Shown: positions 1 through 11,600 of the stretch, one piece after another
How positions within the stretch are numbered: position 1 is the first letter of the stretch
Layout: each line of letters opens with the position of its first letter
Assembly (NCBI GenBank): GCA_963733035.1
Contig: CAVTBU010000005.1
Coordinates: 1,504,001-1,568,000, forward strand
Direction of reading: 5' to 3'
DNA: 64,000 nt
Source of the DNA: Pirellulales bacterium
GTDB lineage: Bacteria > Planctomycetota > Planctomycetia > Pirellulales > PALSA-1355
Notes under the pieces: generated by a model
Databases searched by the model: none
The model's input: the letters and a program-made list of their open reading frames with translations, nothing else
Told to the model about the DNA's origin: nothing
Made by a program: the position numbers and the translations under genes

Positions 1-804
1 GGCCATGCCGAAGTCCGTCAGCTTGGGAAATGCCGCGTCCCCGTCAACGCTTCCCGCAATGGGCTTGTTTTCATCGGTCGTTGTCGCGAGCTGCGTCGGC
101 TGCGATTCCGCCTGCGGCCTGGTCAGCATCACGTTGCTGGGTTTGATGTCGCGATGGAGGACGCCGCGTCCGTGGGCATGCTGCACGGCTTCGGCAAGTT
201 GTTTGACCACGCGCGCCGCCGTATCGATTGGCACCGGCTCCTTCCGCGACTTGAGCCACTCCGCCAGCGTCGGTCCTGGACAGAATTCAGCGGCGATGTA
301 GCAAATCGAAGCCTCTTCGCCAGCTTCGTAAACGCTGACAAGATGCGGGTGGCTCAGTCTTGCCGCGGCTTCCGCCTCGCGGAGAAAACGGCGGCGCAAA
401 TCGTCACTCACGAGCGACTCAAGGCGAGGAACTTTCAGGGCCACCTGGCGGTGCAGTTTCGGGTCGTAGGCCAGGTACACGACGCCCAGTCCGCCGTGCC
501 CCAATTCACTTTGAATATGAAACCGCCCCAGCGTCGTGCCTGCTTTGCCGGTCGGCGTGGCGACGGCCGCGTGAGTCGGTCGGGGCGTATCCGTAGTCGC
601 CAGATCGGGCGACCAGCCGCGCCGTACGCGATGTAGAAGCTCGAGGCAATGCCGGTCGGCTTCCCACTTGGCCAGTATTTCCTCGTCCTCGGCGATCGAG
701 GATGCATCGACATACCCGGAAGCGGTGCCGGCGGCAAGCTGTTCGTCGATTTGGACCAGGAGCTCCGTCAGCAGGTCTTCGCGATCTCGATCGTCGACAA
801 CCAT
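1..804 (-). CDS. Hanks-type Ser/Thr protein kinase, N-terminal part (runs off the window edge)
   Basis: Not in the ORF track; read manually from ATG at 804: MVVDDRDREDLL...LGRFHIQSELGHGGLGVVYLAYDPKLHRQVALKVP...RRRFLREAEAAARLSHPHLV...HRDIKPSNVML...KLTDFGMA. Gly loop, VALK, HRD and DFG are all in frame. Starts 9 nt after the ECF sigma stop. Confidence 0.95.
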   Translation of the reverse strand, partial: MVVDDRDREDLLTELLVQIDEQLAAGTASGYVDASSIAEDEEILAKWEADRHCLELLHRVRRGWSPDLATTDTPRPTHAAVATPTGKAGTTLGRFHIQSELGHGGLGVVYLAYDPKLHRQVALKVPRLESLVSDDLRRRFLREAEAAARLSHPHLVSVYEAGEEASICYIAAEFCPGPTLAEWLKSRKEPVPIDTAARVVKQLAEAVQHAHGRGVLHRDIKPSNVMLTRPQAESQPTQLATTTDENKPIAGSVDGDAAFPKLTDFGMA

Positions 805-813
805 ATCGTGGAG

Positions 814-1449
814 TCACTCGATGTCAGTCAACAATTCTTGCAACTTGCGGACCGCACGGGCCCACGTCTTACGAGCGGCATCGGCGGAACAATTTCGGCG
901 CGCGCCGATTTCGGCGAATGCCGCACCTTGCCACGTGCGTTCCATCAGCACCGATCGCCATGGTTCTTCCAGCCTTTCGAGCACCGCGCGGACGCGCCTT
1001 TGCTCGTCTCGCGCAAGGAACGACGTGCCCGGCGTTAACGCGTCATCTTTCAGTCTTTCAAGCGCTCCCTCAAGCAGCGCCAAGGGTTGTTCGCGGCCAA
1101 CGTCACGTCGTTTAACCTGACTATATCGCCGGACGCTATTGGCTACTCGATGCCGCAGAATACCGACCAGCCAAGCGTAGAATTCCTGCGGAGTGTTGCC
1201 GCGAAATGCCTCAAAACCACGATGCGCTTCGACGAACGTATCCTGCACCAAGTCCGAAGCGCCCACCTTTGAACGTAACTTGTCATCCAACGCCCGATTG
1301 GCGACTAGCAGCAAGTACTTGCGGTTTTCCTCCAGCGCCCGTCCCAGGGCGGACTTCGATCCGTCCCGTGCTTCCCGTACCAATCTTTCAATCGCTTGCT
1401 CGGCGGAGGGCACTCCGTCCTGTCGCGCAGGCGAAAACGGTGCATCCAT
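814..1449 (-). CDS. ECF RNA polymerase sigma-70 factor, planctomycete subfamily (TIGR02984-like), kinase-associated
   Basis: Region 2 KYLLLVAN...KVGASDLVQDTFVEAHRGFEAFRG...FYAWLVGILRH, RRDVGREQPL, and region 4 FAEIGARRNCSADAARKTWARAV. Confidence 0.93.
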   Translation of the reverse strand: MDAPFSPARQDGVPSAEQAIERLVREARDGSKSALGRALEENRKYLLLVANRALDDKLRSKVGASDLVQDTFVEAHRGFEAFRGNTPQEFYAWLVGILRHRVANSVRRYSQVKRRDVGREQPLALLEGALERLKDDALTPGTSFLARDEQRRVRAVLERLEEPWRSVLMERTWQGAAFAEIGARRNCSADAARKTWARAVRKLQELLTDIE

Positions 1450-1787
1450 TAGTCTGCGGCCTCTATATCGATAGGAACAAATCGAGTGAAAACCGGACGG
1501 GCCGAGAAGCTATAGCGGCGTGGAATTGTTCGGATGGCGGACGACTGAGCGTGGTTTGATCAGCCGACTGCCGACGCGGATAGGCACAAAAAACAGCGTG
1601 GGTGTACGATACCCCCACGGTTTGCCAACGTCAAGAATTTGTCAGGGTTCCCCTAGGATTCCAGCCAACTGTGGAACTTCGGCCGAAGCAGTCGCCGTGC
1701 CGATTCCTGTCAGCCGCCGAAGAGAGCACAAAAGTGAGACGTTCGTCGAGGATTGATGGCCACGCAGACTTCCTGGACGCATCGAAA

Positions 1788-1961
1788 TCAAGTCCGACCC
1801 CGTTCCAACTGGTCGGCACGCAATTCTCGCTCGAGCTCAAGCACATAAATTCGCGTTACGACACCGGCGTCATCGTGCCGGGAACGCAGTTTTGCCAGTT
1901 CGGATTCGACTGCTCGAAGCCGCTCGGCAATCTCCCGACGGAGTTCCGAGGATAGTCGCAT
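1788..1961 (-). CDS. small hypothetical coiled-coil protein
   Basis: MRLSSELRREIAERLRAVESELAKL...LELERELRADQLERGRT; helical, protein-like composition; start uncertain. Confidence 0.35.
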   Translation of the reverse strand: MRLSSELRREIAERLRAVESELAKLRSRHDDAGVVTRIYVLELERELRADQLERGRT

Positions 1962-2169
1962 GATGGGCGTTCGCATGAACATCAACCCAAAAACAACCCC
2001 GCAGCGCGGGGCAGTGCGTGCAACTGCGGGGCGGCGAGCGAGTCGCTCACCATCCTCACATCGTCCAGTTGCCGTCTGGACTTTAAAAATGCGCGCACGA
2101 AATAAGCCGAAGCAGAACTGGATCTGCCCCGGCTCATGCAATCGTGTGGTTGACGACTCCTCGGCGGCG

Positions 2170-2976
2170 CTATGCCGAACGCCGACCTCGTCGCCACCAA
2201 CATGCGCCGCTTACTGTCACCCCCAGCAGCGACCAAACAAGCAAACTGGCCGGCTCAGGCACGGCTTCGAGATTGACGTTGGCAATGTCCCCATTGTTTA
2301 GAGTGATCGTAAGTCCATCGACGAGGCCCGTAAAACCAGTGGACCATCCGCTGCCGGTTTGCAGACTAAACAGATTTACGACTTCATTGCTGTAATCAAC
2401 GTTCTGACTGCCGCTCGGCCAGTTCACCGGACCCGCTTGCAAGTTCGCTAGCGTCGGGTCGGTGTAAGTTCCATAGATACCGCCGTCCCGATTGACGTCG
2501 TAGAAGCGAAGGGGATTTGTTGAATCGTTAGTTGACCATTGGTGCCAAGTACCCGGTGTCACAGCAGCCGTGCCAGTCAAGTAAGGTTCCGCATTCAGGC
2601 GCGAGTGGTACCAACTCGCCGAATCGCCCGTGCCGGTCGCCGCGGTGTATAGGTACAACGCCCAATCCGGGTCGGCCGCTGTGGTGCCTTTGTTCGTCCA
2701 ATAGCTAATCGACGCGATGTCGGCAATCGTCACCGCACTGCTAAAAAGTGAACTCGCTTGAATGTACAGTTCTCCTTTGGTGTCCGAGGACTGTTGCCAG
2801 GAGCTTCCCGAGAAGCCAGGTGCTGAGGTGCTGCCGTTGCCCGCCACGTTTGATGCACCTGAATAACTGGGATAGAGGGTCACGTTGGTAATCGCGGCCC
2901 TGGACTCCGATGGATTGGTTAGGACTGCCAACAAGACAGCTAAGCACAAAATCAGATGCGAAAAATGACGATTCAT
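2170..2976 (-). CDS. PEP-CTERM sorting domain protein
   Basis: N-terminal signal peptide, S/T/G-rich body, C-terminal VPEPASLLVWSLLG + TM segment + RRGRR. Confidence 0.93.
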   Translation of the reverse strand: MNRHFSHLILCLAVLLAVLTNPSESRAAITNVTLYPSYSGASNVAGNGSTSAPGFSGSSWQQSSDTKGELYIQASSLFSSAVTIADIASISYWTNKGTTAADPDWALYLYTAATGTGDSASWYHSRLNAEPYLTGTAAVTPGTWHQWSTNDSTNPLRFYDVNRDGGIYGTYTDPTLANLQAGPVNWPSGSQNVDYSNEVVNLFSLQTGSGWSTGFTGLVDGLTITLNNGDIANVNLEAVPEPASLLVWSLLGVTVSGACWWRRGRRSA

Positions 2977-3331
2977 CCGGTCCCCCCCCAGTGGTCGAGT
3001 CTCATAAATGCCGCGATTGCGTCTGGCTTCACATCACCGGACGGACAAGTTCTGTCATGTCAACCGATGTCAACATGTAATAGTCCGGAAGTCCGCCATT
3101 CCTGACACAAACTCTAAAATATATATTTCTAGAATTGAAGGGATTCCGAAGTCAAAGACCGAACTTCGAGGGGGAGGCCAAAATATGGCCATTTGAGACA
3201 AATACTTCGCACTGACCGGCATGCCCGCTCGATCCGGGAGTTTCCATTCGGATCTCGAACTGCCGATTCGGCTACGCCGCCGGAGTTGCGGACGCAGCTA
3301 CTTCGATGCCGAGGCGACTCACTTCCCGGAG

Positions 3332-4063
3332 TCAGATGCGTACTTTGTTGGAGAGGGGGCTCGGCTCGCACAGTTTTTGACGCAATTTGGTCGCTCCGCG
3401 ACTACAAAGCTTTCGTGCCGCCTCACAGGAGCATTCCAGTTGATTCCCAATTTCTCGGAAAGAACGCTGCTCTTGGTGTCGCAAAAGGAACGCGTCCCGC
3501 ATCCGCACCGGCAGCTGACCAACACATTCGTCTAATCGAACGGTTTCTTCAACTAACAACACTTGCTGCGCGGGGTTCGCTTGCTTTGCCCACAACTCGG
3601 GCACTCCGTCCTCGCAGAGTTCCAGCGACAACTCGCGGGAGACATCGCGCTTCCTGGCCCGTTGATAGTACCGGTTGATGTCGGCGGCCTGGTGCAACAG
3701 GATCTGCCGCAACCAACCCAATAATTCGTCGCGCCGCTGACCACGGAAATCGGCAAAGCAACAGTGCGCCTGTAACGCTGTTTCCTGGACCAGATCCTCG
3801 GGATCGAGCTTCGTCCGCAAAGAATTCGCCATGACTCGGTTGGCAATCGATAGCAAATAGGCGGAACTACTTTCGATCAGCCTTCCTAATGCTTTCGTGG
3901 AACCTTGCCGGGCCTCGTCGATCCAGCGTGCAAACCGTTCTTCGCAACTTTCTTGCTTTAGTGCCTCAGCGTTCGGGTCGCTCGGGCGCTGTCCGAGTTC
4001 CACATTTGGTGCCTTGGCACGCGCCACGGCGGACGAGCGATGCCGTTTGACCTGCACGTACAT
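3332..4063 (-). CDS. ECF RNA polymerase sigma-70 factor, planctomycete subfamily (no adjacent kinase)
   Basis: LRTKLDPEDLVQETALQAH..F.DFRG...LLGWLRQIL, KRDVSRELSL, region 4 SFREIGNQLECSCEAARKLCSRG; paralogue of 814-1449; start uncertain. Confidence 0.9.
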   Translation of the reverse strand: MYVQVKRHRSSAVARAKAPNVELGQRPSDPNAEALKQESCEERFARWIDEARQGSTKALGRLIESSSAYLLSIANRVMANSLRTKLDPEDLVQETALQAHCCFADFRGQRRDELLGWLRQILLHQAADINRYYQRARKRDVSRELSLELCEDGVPELWAKQANPAQQVLLVEETVRLDECVGQLPVRMRDAFLLRHQEQRSFREIGNQLECSCEAARKLCSRGATKLRQKLCEPSPLSNKVRI

Positions 4064-5077
4064 TGGCGCAACCCTATCAGCCGCACTGCACGGGGGAGTT
4101 CAGGTGCCAACCAGCGTGTCGCAGGTACACTGACTTCAAAAATTCAACACACGAGCTAGTCAGATCAAGTGAGCGGCACGACTTGTGAGCCTTATTGGCG
4201 GTCGCCTCGCAACAACCTGACGGTAGCACTTGTGCGCGAATCGAAATCAGATGAGAAAGTGACGAATTAACAGAAAGCTTGATCGACACCGTTGGGGGTC
4301 GATCTTATGTCCAACAGCCGGGGTGTCAAGGAACGCGAGCGTGACAAAGTCGTTATATAACCCTTGCGCGCCAAGTGAGTTAGCACTGAACATTGACGCA
4401 ATACGTCAATGCTTGGGCCGTTATGTCAGGTCGACAAGTTTCCAGCTGTCGGCGCCAAAGACTAAGCTTGGCGAGCCAACCGAGGCAGCTTCTACTGCAT
4501 TCGTAGTGATCGTTTACGCACATGATGACAGGTCGCGACACGGTTCGGCGCGGTTGCGGCCGTGACGGGAGTTGTGAACACTTTTTTTGCAAAGTTCTTC
4601 AGCGGGACGTAACGCGTGGCCTCGCGGAAAACCCCGAAGTCGGTAACGCCTGATTTGCAGACCTCCCCAACACGCCTCCGTCAAGCCAAACTCTTACGAA
4701 TCGCGGACTGTACACGCGCAGAGTAGACGGACGCCGGTGACGAATCCGCCCGCCCGAGCTGCCATAAGTTTCGCTTATCTAAATGCTTACCGAACAGGAA
4801 AATGATTGGCGGATTCGAGATTTCCTGCATTTGGTTCGTCCGGTATGCCCCCTCTTTTGCGCCTTTAGGAATAGACCGCTTGCGTTCGCAGCGCAATAGG
4901 CGATTAGTCGTTCCGGCAACGGTTGAAGTTCTCCAAGCAGGAGATAGCTAATGCACTTCAGCGGCCGCCAGGTGAGCATCCGATGCTCGAAGGTAGCAGC
5001 CGAAGCAGGCCGCTGTGGGCCCAGTCTGAGCAGCCTTGGTTCGGACTGTCGAAGAAATCACAACTCCCAGACTCCCA

Positions 5078-5626
5078 ATGACACGAACCCGGGCACTTGT
5101 GCGGCAATGGACGCTCCTGCGTGTGCTATCGCAAAATGTCGACGGACTCAGCATTGATGACATGGCTCGTCAGACGGCGGTCAACGCGCGAACGATTCGC
5201 CGGGATTTGAAGTTATTTGTCGAGGCCGGAATTCCGTTGCGCGAAACGGTGTGCCGCCGCAACAAAAAGATTTGGCGCATCGATCGCCGGCACACGGCCG
5301 TGCTGCCACACCATGCGAAAGATGATTGCCTGGCATTTTCGGTTGCGTTAGAACTCTTAGAGCCGTTGCAAGGAACTCGCTTCTACGAGGCACTTTTGGT
5401 CTGCGGCGAGCGGATCGCTGCCGAAACCAGTGCCGCAGCACGCAGACAAATCGAAGAGCAAGTCGAGAAACGTTGGGCACAGTGGAACAAAGACGTCTCA
5501 CTGAATATCAGTGGTCGTGACATCGAAGAGCTCTGGGCGGCTCTCGTCATAGCCAACGGCAATGGACAATCAATCGGCGACGACGCCGAGCGCGATTCAC
5601 CGTTGAAAATGAGCCGTGCCCAATAG
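5078..5626 (+). CDS. winged-HTH transcriptional regulator resembling the N-terminal half of a PafB/PafC-type WYL protein, WYL domain absent
   Basis: LVRQWTLLRVLS...GLSIDDMARQTAVNARTIRRDLKLFVEAGIPL is an HTH_11/DeoR-type wHTH typical of WYL regulators; the ORF stops at about 180 aa. Confidence 0.7.
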   Translation: MTRTRALVRQWTLLRVLSQNVDGLSIDDMARQTAVNARTIRRDLKLFVEAGIPLRETVCRRNKKIWRIDRRHTAVLPHHAKDDCLAFSVALELLEPLQGTRFYEALLVCGERIAAETSAAARRQIEEQVEKRWAQWNKDVSLNISGRDIEELWAALVIANGNGQSIGDDAERDSPLKMSRAQ

Positions 5627-5641
5627 AGAATCGCGGAAACT

Positions 5642-8600
5642 CTACCGCTCGCTGGCCTTGCCAGAGGGTCCGCTGGGGCGTGGTGGCGCAAGCCGTGGCG
5701 AGGCAAATTGGTCGATCTGGTCGGACAAGTCAACGATGGCGGCATCAACTGCGGCCGGTTTCTGAGTTGAAATCACCGTGTCCGGCTCGCTTGTCATCGG
5801 TGCTGCTGCGGCTGATTGAAGTTCGAGGAGCGCGGTGGCGTGGAGCGATTGAACTGTTGTGTCGGGAGAATTGAGCGGCGCGGCAGATAGATCAGAAGTG
5901 TCGATACTCATCGTACTGGCCGTCAGTGCGCTGACGATCAGGTTGCCTTGGAAAAGCTCAGCGACTTCATTAGGTTGCAAAGCCCGATTGGCGATGAGCA
6001 CGTCGTCAACGCGTCCTTGCATCGAGCGTCCGCCGTCTTCCTCCGCGCCGATGGACAGCCCGAGGTCATTTGTGCCGATCGTAAAATTGGCCGCCTTGGA
6101 CGCTTCCAGCTGACCGTTGATGTACATGCGAATCGTGGTCCCGTCATACGTCGCCACAACGTGCATCCAGGTCGTGCCGTTCGTCGGGTACTTGGACGTC
6201 GAATCCACGCGAAACGCATTGCCTGCACTGTCTTGATTGAAGCGAACGAACACGGTGCCTGAATTGCTCAGCGCTAGTTCATAGCCGTCTACGCTTTGAG
6301 TGATTGATTTGGTCACGAGCGATTGCGTAGCCTGTGCCTCGGGCGAAATCCAGGCCGCAATCGTGATGCTGCCGGTGATATCCAGGCTAGCCGCGTCCGG
6401 GACCACCACGTGCGGGTGGACCGTTCCTATGGGTTGCGGCAACGCCACCGAACCGGCCAGCACCAGTCCCGTACCATTCTGACCGGCACCAAAAGCGGCG
6501 CCGTCTTGCAGGCTGCCGTCATTGCCGCTGCCGGAAGAATCATGGACCGTCGAACCGGATCCCTCGTTGAACTGCCAGAATCCCACGAGGCCGGTGGAAG
6601 TACTGGCTGGCGATACGGTGACGGTTACGTCGTCGCTGGCGCTGAGTTCGCCGTCCGAGGCGGTCAGCCGCAATACGTACACACCCTCGGCACTGAACGT
6701 CGCCGAGGTGGATGGGGCCGCGGCGTTGCCAAAGCTGACGCTGCCTGGCCCGCTAACCGTGCTCCACTGGGTAATTAAGTTGGACGGGCTGGGCAGCCCG
6801 TCGTCCGACACCGAACCGCCTAGCGCGATGGCCACGCCCGCCTGTCCGCTAACATCCGAGCCTGCACTCACCGTGGGCGGCTGGTTGGCCGGAGCCGCGG
6901 GATTGAAATTGCCCACGTACACCTGCGCGATCTCAGTCGCCGAGAGCGCCCGGTCCGTGATCAGCACTTCATCCAGTTGGCCCTGCATCGAGGTGGTGCC
7001 ACCATTGCCGGAGCCGAAAGTGAGCGCCAGGTTGTTCGTGCCAATCGCAAATGTGGCTGCCTTGCTGGCCTGCTGCTGGCCATTGATGTACAGCCGAATG
7101 GTCGAGCCATCGTAGGTGGCGGCCACGTGCAGCCAGGTGTTGCCGTTGGTCGGATAGCTTGACGTCGAATCAACGCGATACGTGTCACCTGAACTGGCCT
7201 GGTTGAAACGTACGAACACCGTGCCGCTGTTGCTCAGGCCCAGTTCAAAGCCATCGGTCGCGTTGCTGGCTGCTTTGCTGACGATGGTTTGCGTTCCATT
7301 GGCGCTGGGTTTGATCCATGCCGTGATCGTGATCGCATCGGCGATCTGCAATTGGGGAACGTCTGGCACGACGTAGCTCTGTCCGGAGCCGTTGAGGTTG
7401 AGCCGGCCGTTACTGCTGACCGTGGCACCCCCTTGCAAGCTGCCCAGGTTGCCGATCTGGCTGGGGTACGCCGCCCCGAAGCCCGGCAAAAAGTTCCAGA
7501 ATCCCACGAGGCCAGTGGACTCGCTGGTTGGCGATACGGTGACGGTTACGTCGTCGCTGGCGCTGAGTTCGCCGTCCGAGGCGGTCAGCCGCAATACGTA
7601 CACACCCTCGGCACTGAACGTCGCCGAGGTGGATGGGGCCGCGGCGTTGCCAAAGCTGACGCTGCCTGGCCCGCTAACCGTGCTCCACTGGGTAATTAAG
7701 TTGGACGGGCTGGGCAGCCCGTCGTCCGACACCGAACCGCCTAGCGCGATGGCCACGCCCGCCTGTCCGCTAACATCCGAGCCTGCACTCACCGTGGGCG
7801 GCTGGTTGGCCGGAGCCGCGGGATTGAAATTGCCCACGTACACCTGCGCGATCTCGGTCGCCGAGAGCGCCCGGTCCGTGATCAGCACTTCATCCAGTTG
7901 GCCCTGCATCGAGGTGGTGCCACCATTGCCGGAGCCGAAAGTGAGCGCCAGGTTGTTCGTGCCAATCGCAAATGTGGCTGCCTTGCTGGCCTGCTGCTGG
8001 CCATTGATGTACAGCCGAATGGTCGAGCCATCGTAGGTGGCGGCCACGTGCAGCCAGGTGTTGCCGTTGGTCGGATAGCTTGACGTCGAATCAACGCGAT
8101 ACGTGTCACCTGAACTGGCCTGGTTGAAACGCACGAACACCGTGCCGCTGTTGCTCAGGCCCAGTTCAAAGCCATCGGTCGCGTTGCTGGCTGCTTTGCT
8201 GACGATGGTTTGCGTTCCATTGGCGCTGGGTTTGATCCATGCCGTGATCGTGATCGCATCGGCGATCTGCAATTGGGGAACGTCTGGCACGACGTAGCTC
8301 TGTCCGGAGCCGTTGAGGTTGAGCCGGCCGTTACTGCTGACCGTGGCACCCCCTTGCAAGCTGCCCAGGTTGCCGATCTGGCTGGGGTACGCCGCCCCGA
8401 AGCCCGGCAAAAAGTTCCAGAATCCCACGAGGCCAGTGGACTCGCTGGTTGGCGATACGGTGACGGTTACGTCGTCGCTGGCGCTGAGTTCGCCGTCCGA
8501 GGCGGTCAGCCGCAATACGTACACACCCTCGGCACTGAACGTCGCCGAGGTGGATGGGGCCGCGGCGTTGCCAAAGCTGACGCTGCCTGGCCCGCTAACC

Positions 8601-11600
8601 GTGCTCCACTGGGTAATTAAGTTGGACGGGCTGGGCAGCCCGTCGTCCGACACCGAACCGCCTAGCGCGATGGCCACGCCCGCCTGTCCGCTAACATCCG
8701 AGCCTGCACTCACCGTGGGCGGCTGGTTGGTAGCGATTCCCGGTGGGAAATCTCCCGCGTAAAGGGCAGTCACTTCGCTGGGATCGAGTGCCCGATTGGC
8801 AATCAGGACGTCGTCAATCCGGCCCCGCATGCCACGGCTGCCGGTGGGATCGGCTCCGATTCCCAACCCGAGGTTATTGGCATTGATCGTGAACACGGCC
8901 GCCTTTGACGCTTCCAGTTGGCCGTTGATGTACATGCGAATCGTGGTGCCGTCGTACGTGGCCACGACGTGCATCCAGGTGGTGCCATTGGTCGGATAAG
9001 TAGAATTCGAATCCAAGCGGAATGAATTGCCCGAGCTGGCCTGGTTGAAGCGTACGAATACCGTTCCCGAGTTACTCAGCGACAACTCATAACCGTTCAC
9101 GTTTCCGGTCGACTTTTGCACCACCGATTGGGTTCCGGTCGTGTAGGGCGCGATCCAGGCGGCGATGGTGATGTTTTGAGTAACATTGAGACTTGATGAG
9201 TTGGGCACCAAAGTCGACTGACTTGCGGTTCCCATAATCAGGCCATTGCCGTTTTGTCCGGCACCGAAAGAGGCCCCTTGTTGCAGGGTGCCGTCATTGC
9301 CTTTGCCGGACGAATCATGGGCCGTTGAACCCGAAGCTTCGTTAAAATGCCAGAATCCCATGATGCCACTGGACGCCAGCACGGCATTGATAGTGATCGT
9401 ATTGGGGCTTGGGTCGAGGTTCACTCCGCCATTGGCGGACCCGCCGTCGTCTTGAACCTGAAATGTAAAGCTGGCATAGTTCGACCCCTGCGCGTCGGCC
9501 GCCGGCGTAAACTGCAACTTGCCCGCCGCAATATCAGCCGCGGAGACGAACTGCCCGATAGAGACGGCCGCGCCGTTGTATGTCAGGGCACCCGCGCCCG
9601 GCAGACTGGCAATTCGCACCGCTTGCAATGCGTTGGCCGGGGAATCACCAGGATCGCTGAAACCAAAATCGACAACCTTCAAAGTGTACGCGACCCCGCT
9701 GATCGTCGTGATCGTGTTGTCGCTGCCGGACGGTGCGTCGTTCACCGCAGTCACATTGACGGTAATGGTGTTCGGCGTCGGATCGAGGTCGCTGCCACCG
9801 TTGGCCGTGCCGCCGTTATCCTGCACTTGAAAGGTGAGGCTCGTGTAACTCGAACCGTTGGCATTGGCTGCGGGAGCAAACTTGAGCTTGCCGGCTGTGA
9901 TGTCGGCCACCGCAATGAACTGCCCTGCAGAGACTGCCACACCGTTGTCACTCAGCGACCCAGCCGCGGGCAGCGTGGTGATCTTCACCGCCACCAGACT
10001 GCCCGCTGGCGAGTCATTGGGGTCGCTGAAGCCGAAGTCGGCTGCGGAGAATGTATACGCCGTGTCCTCCAGCGTGGTGATGATCTTGTTCGTCCCAGAC
10101 GGCGGATCGTTTACCGCCGTGACGTTGACGGTGATGGTGTTCGGCGTCGGATCGAGGTCAGTACCCCCGTTGGCCGTGCCGCCGTTGTCCTGCACCTGGA
10201 ACGTGAAGCTCGTGTAACTCGAACCATTGGCGTTGGCTGCCGGAGCAAACTTGAGCTTGCCGGCCGTGATGTCGGTTGCGCTGATGAATTGTCCTGCCGT
10301 AACCGCCGCACCACCATTGGTGAGCGAACCGGCCGCGGGTAGGCTCGAGATTTTGACCGCCAAGAGTGCATTGGCCGGCGAGTCATTAGGATCGCTGACG
10401 CCGAAGTCGGCCGCCGAGAACGTGTAGCCCGTGTCCTCCAGCGTGGTGATGGTCTTGTTTGTGCCAGACGGCGGATCGTTTACTGCCGTGACGTTGACGG
10501 TGATCGTGTTCGGCGTGGGATCGAGATCCACGCCGCCATTGGCCGTGCCACCGTTATCCTGCACCTGGAACGTGAAGCTCGTGTAACTCGTCCCGTTGGC
10601 GTTGGCTGCCGGAGCAAACTTGAGCTTGCCGGCCGTGATGTCCGTCGCGCTGATGAATTGTCCAGTGGTGACCGCCACGCCATTGTTGCTGAGCGCCCGG
10701 AAATGGGCAGCGTCGTGATCTTTACCACAAATAGGCTATTGGCTGGAGAATCAATCGCGTCACTGAAGCCAAAGTCAGCCGCAGAAAATGTGTAGGTCGT
10801 GTCTTCCAGCGTGGTGATGATCTTGTTTGCGCCAGACGGCGGATCGTTTACTGCCGTGACGTTGACGGTGATCGTGTTCGGCGTGGGATCGAGATCGATG
10901 CCACCATTGGCTGTGCCGCCGTTATCCTGCACCTGGAACGTGAAGCTGGCGTAGCTCGTGCCACTAGCGTTAGTGGCTGGGGCAAAGACAAGCTTCCCGG
11001 CCGTGATGTCTGTCACGCTGATGAATTGACCAATGGTGACCGCCAAACCGTTGTCCGCCAAGGTGCCCGCGCCGGGAAGGCTGGCAATACGCACTGCCTG
11101 TAACGTGTTCGCGGGAGAGTCGTTTGAATCGCTGAAGCCAAAATCGGCTGTCGAGAACGTGTAGGCCGTGTCTTCTAGCGTGGTGATCGTCTTGTCGCTT
11201 CCGGATGGCGAATCGTTGACCGAGGTGACGTTGATGGTGATCGTATTCGGGGTGGGATCGAGATCGACGCCGCCATTGAGCGTGCCGCCATTGTCCTGCA
11301 CTTGGAACATGAAGCTCGTATAGTTCGTACCGCTGGCATTGGCTGCGGGAGTGAATTTCAGCTTGCCCGTGGTGATATCGGCGAGGGCAATGAACTGGCC
11401 GACGGTGACGGCGACGCCGTTATCGGTCAGTGCGCCGGCAGTGGGGAGCGTTGCGATCTTAACGGCGAACAGACTATTAGCCGGGGAGTCGCTGGGATCG
11501 CTAAAACCGAAGTCGGCTGCGGAGAACGTGTAAGCCGTATCCTCCATCGCGGTGATGGTCTTGTCGCCACCAGACGGCGGGTCGTTCACCGCCGTGACGT

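Noticed and set aside
2982..2989. G8 tract (minus strand) before the PEP-CTERM start as a phase-variable repeat
   Set aside because: Short, plausibly just a G-rich ribosome-binding site, and no evidence of length variation
4064..5077. Long intergenic region as a riboswitch or ncRNA (also 18446-19369 and 40221-40620)
   Set aside because: No recognisable conserved motif or convincing structure by eye; an Rfam/Infernal scan would be needed
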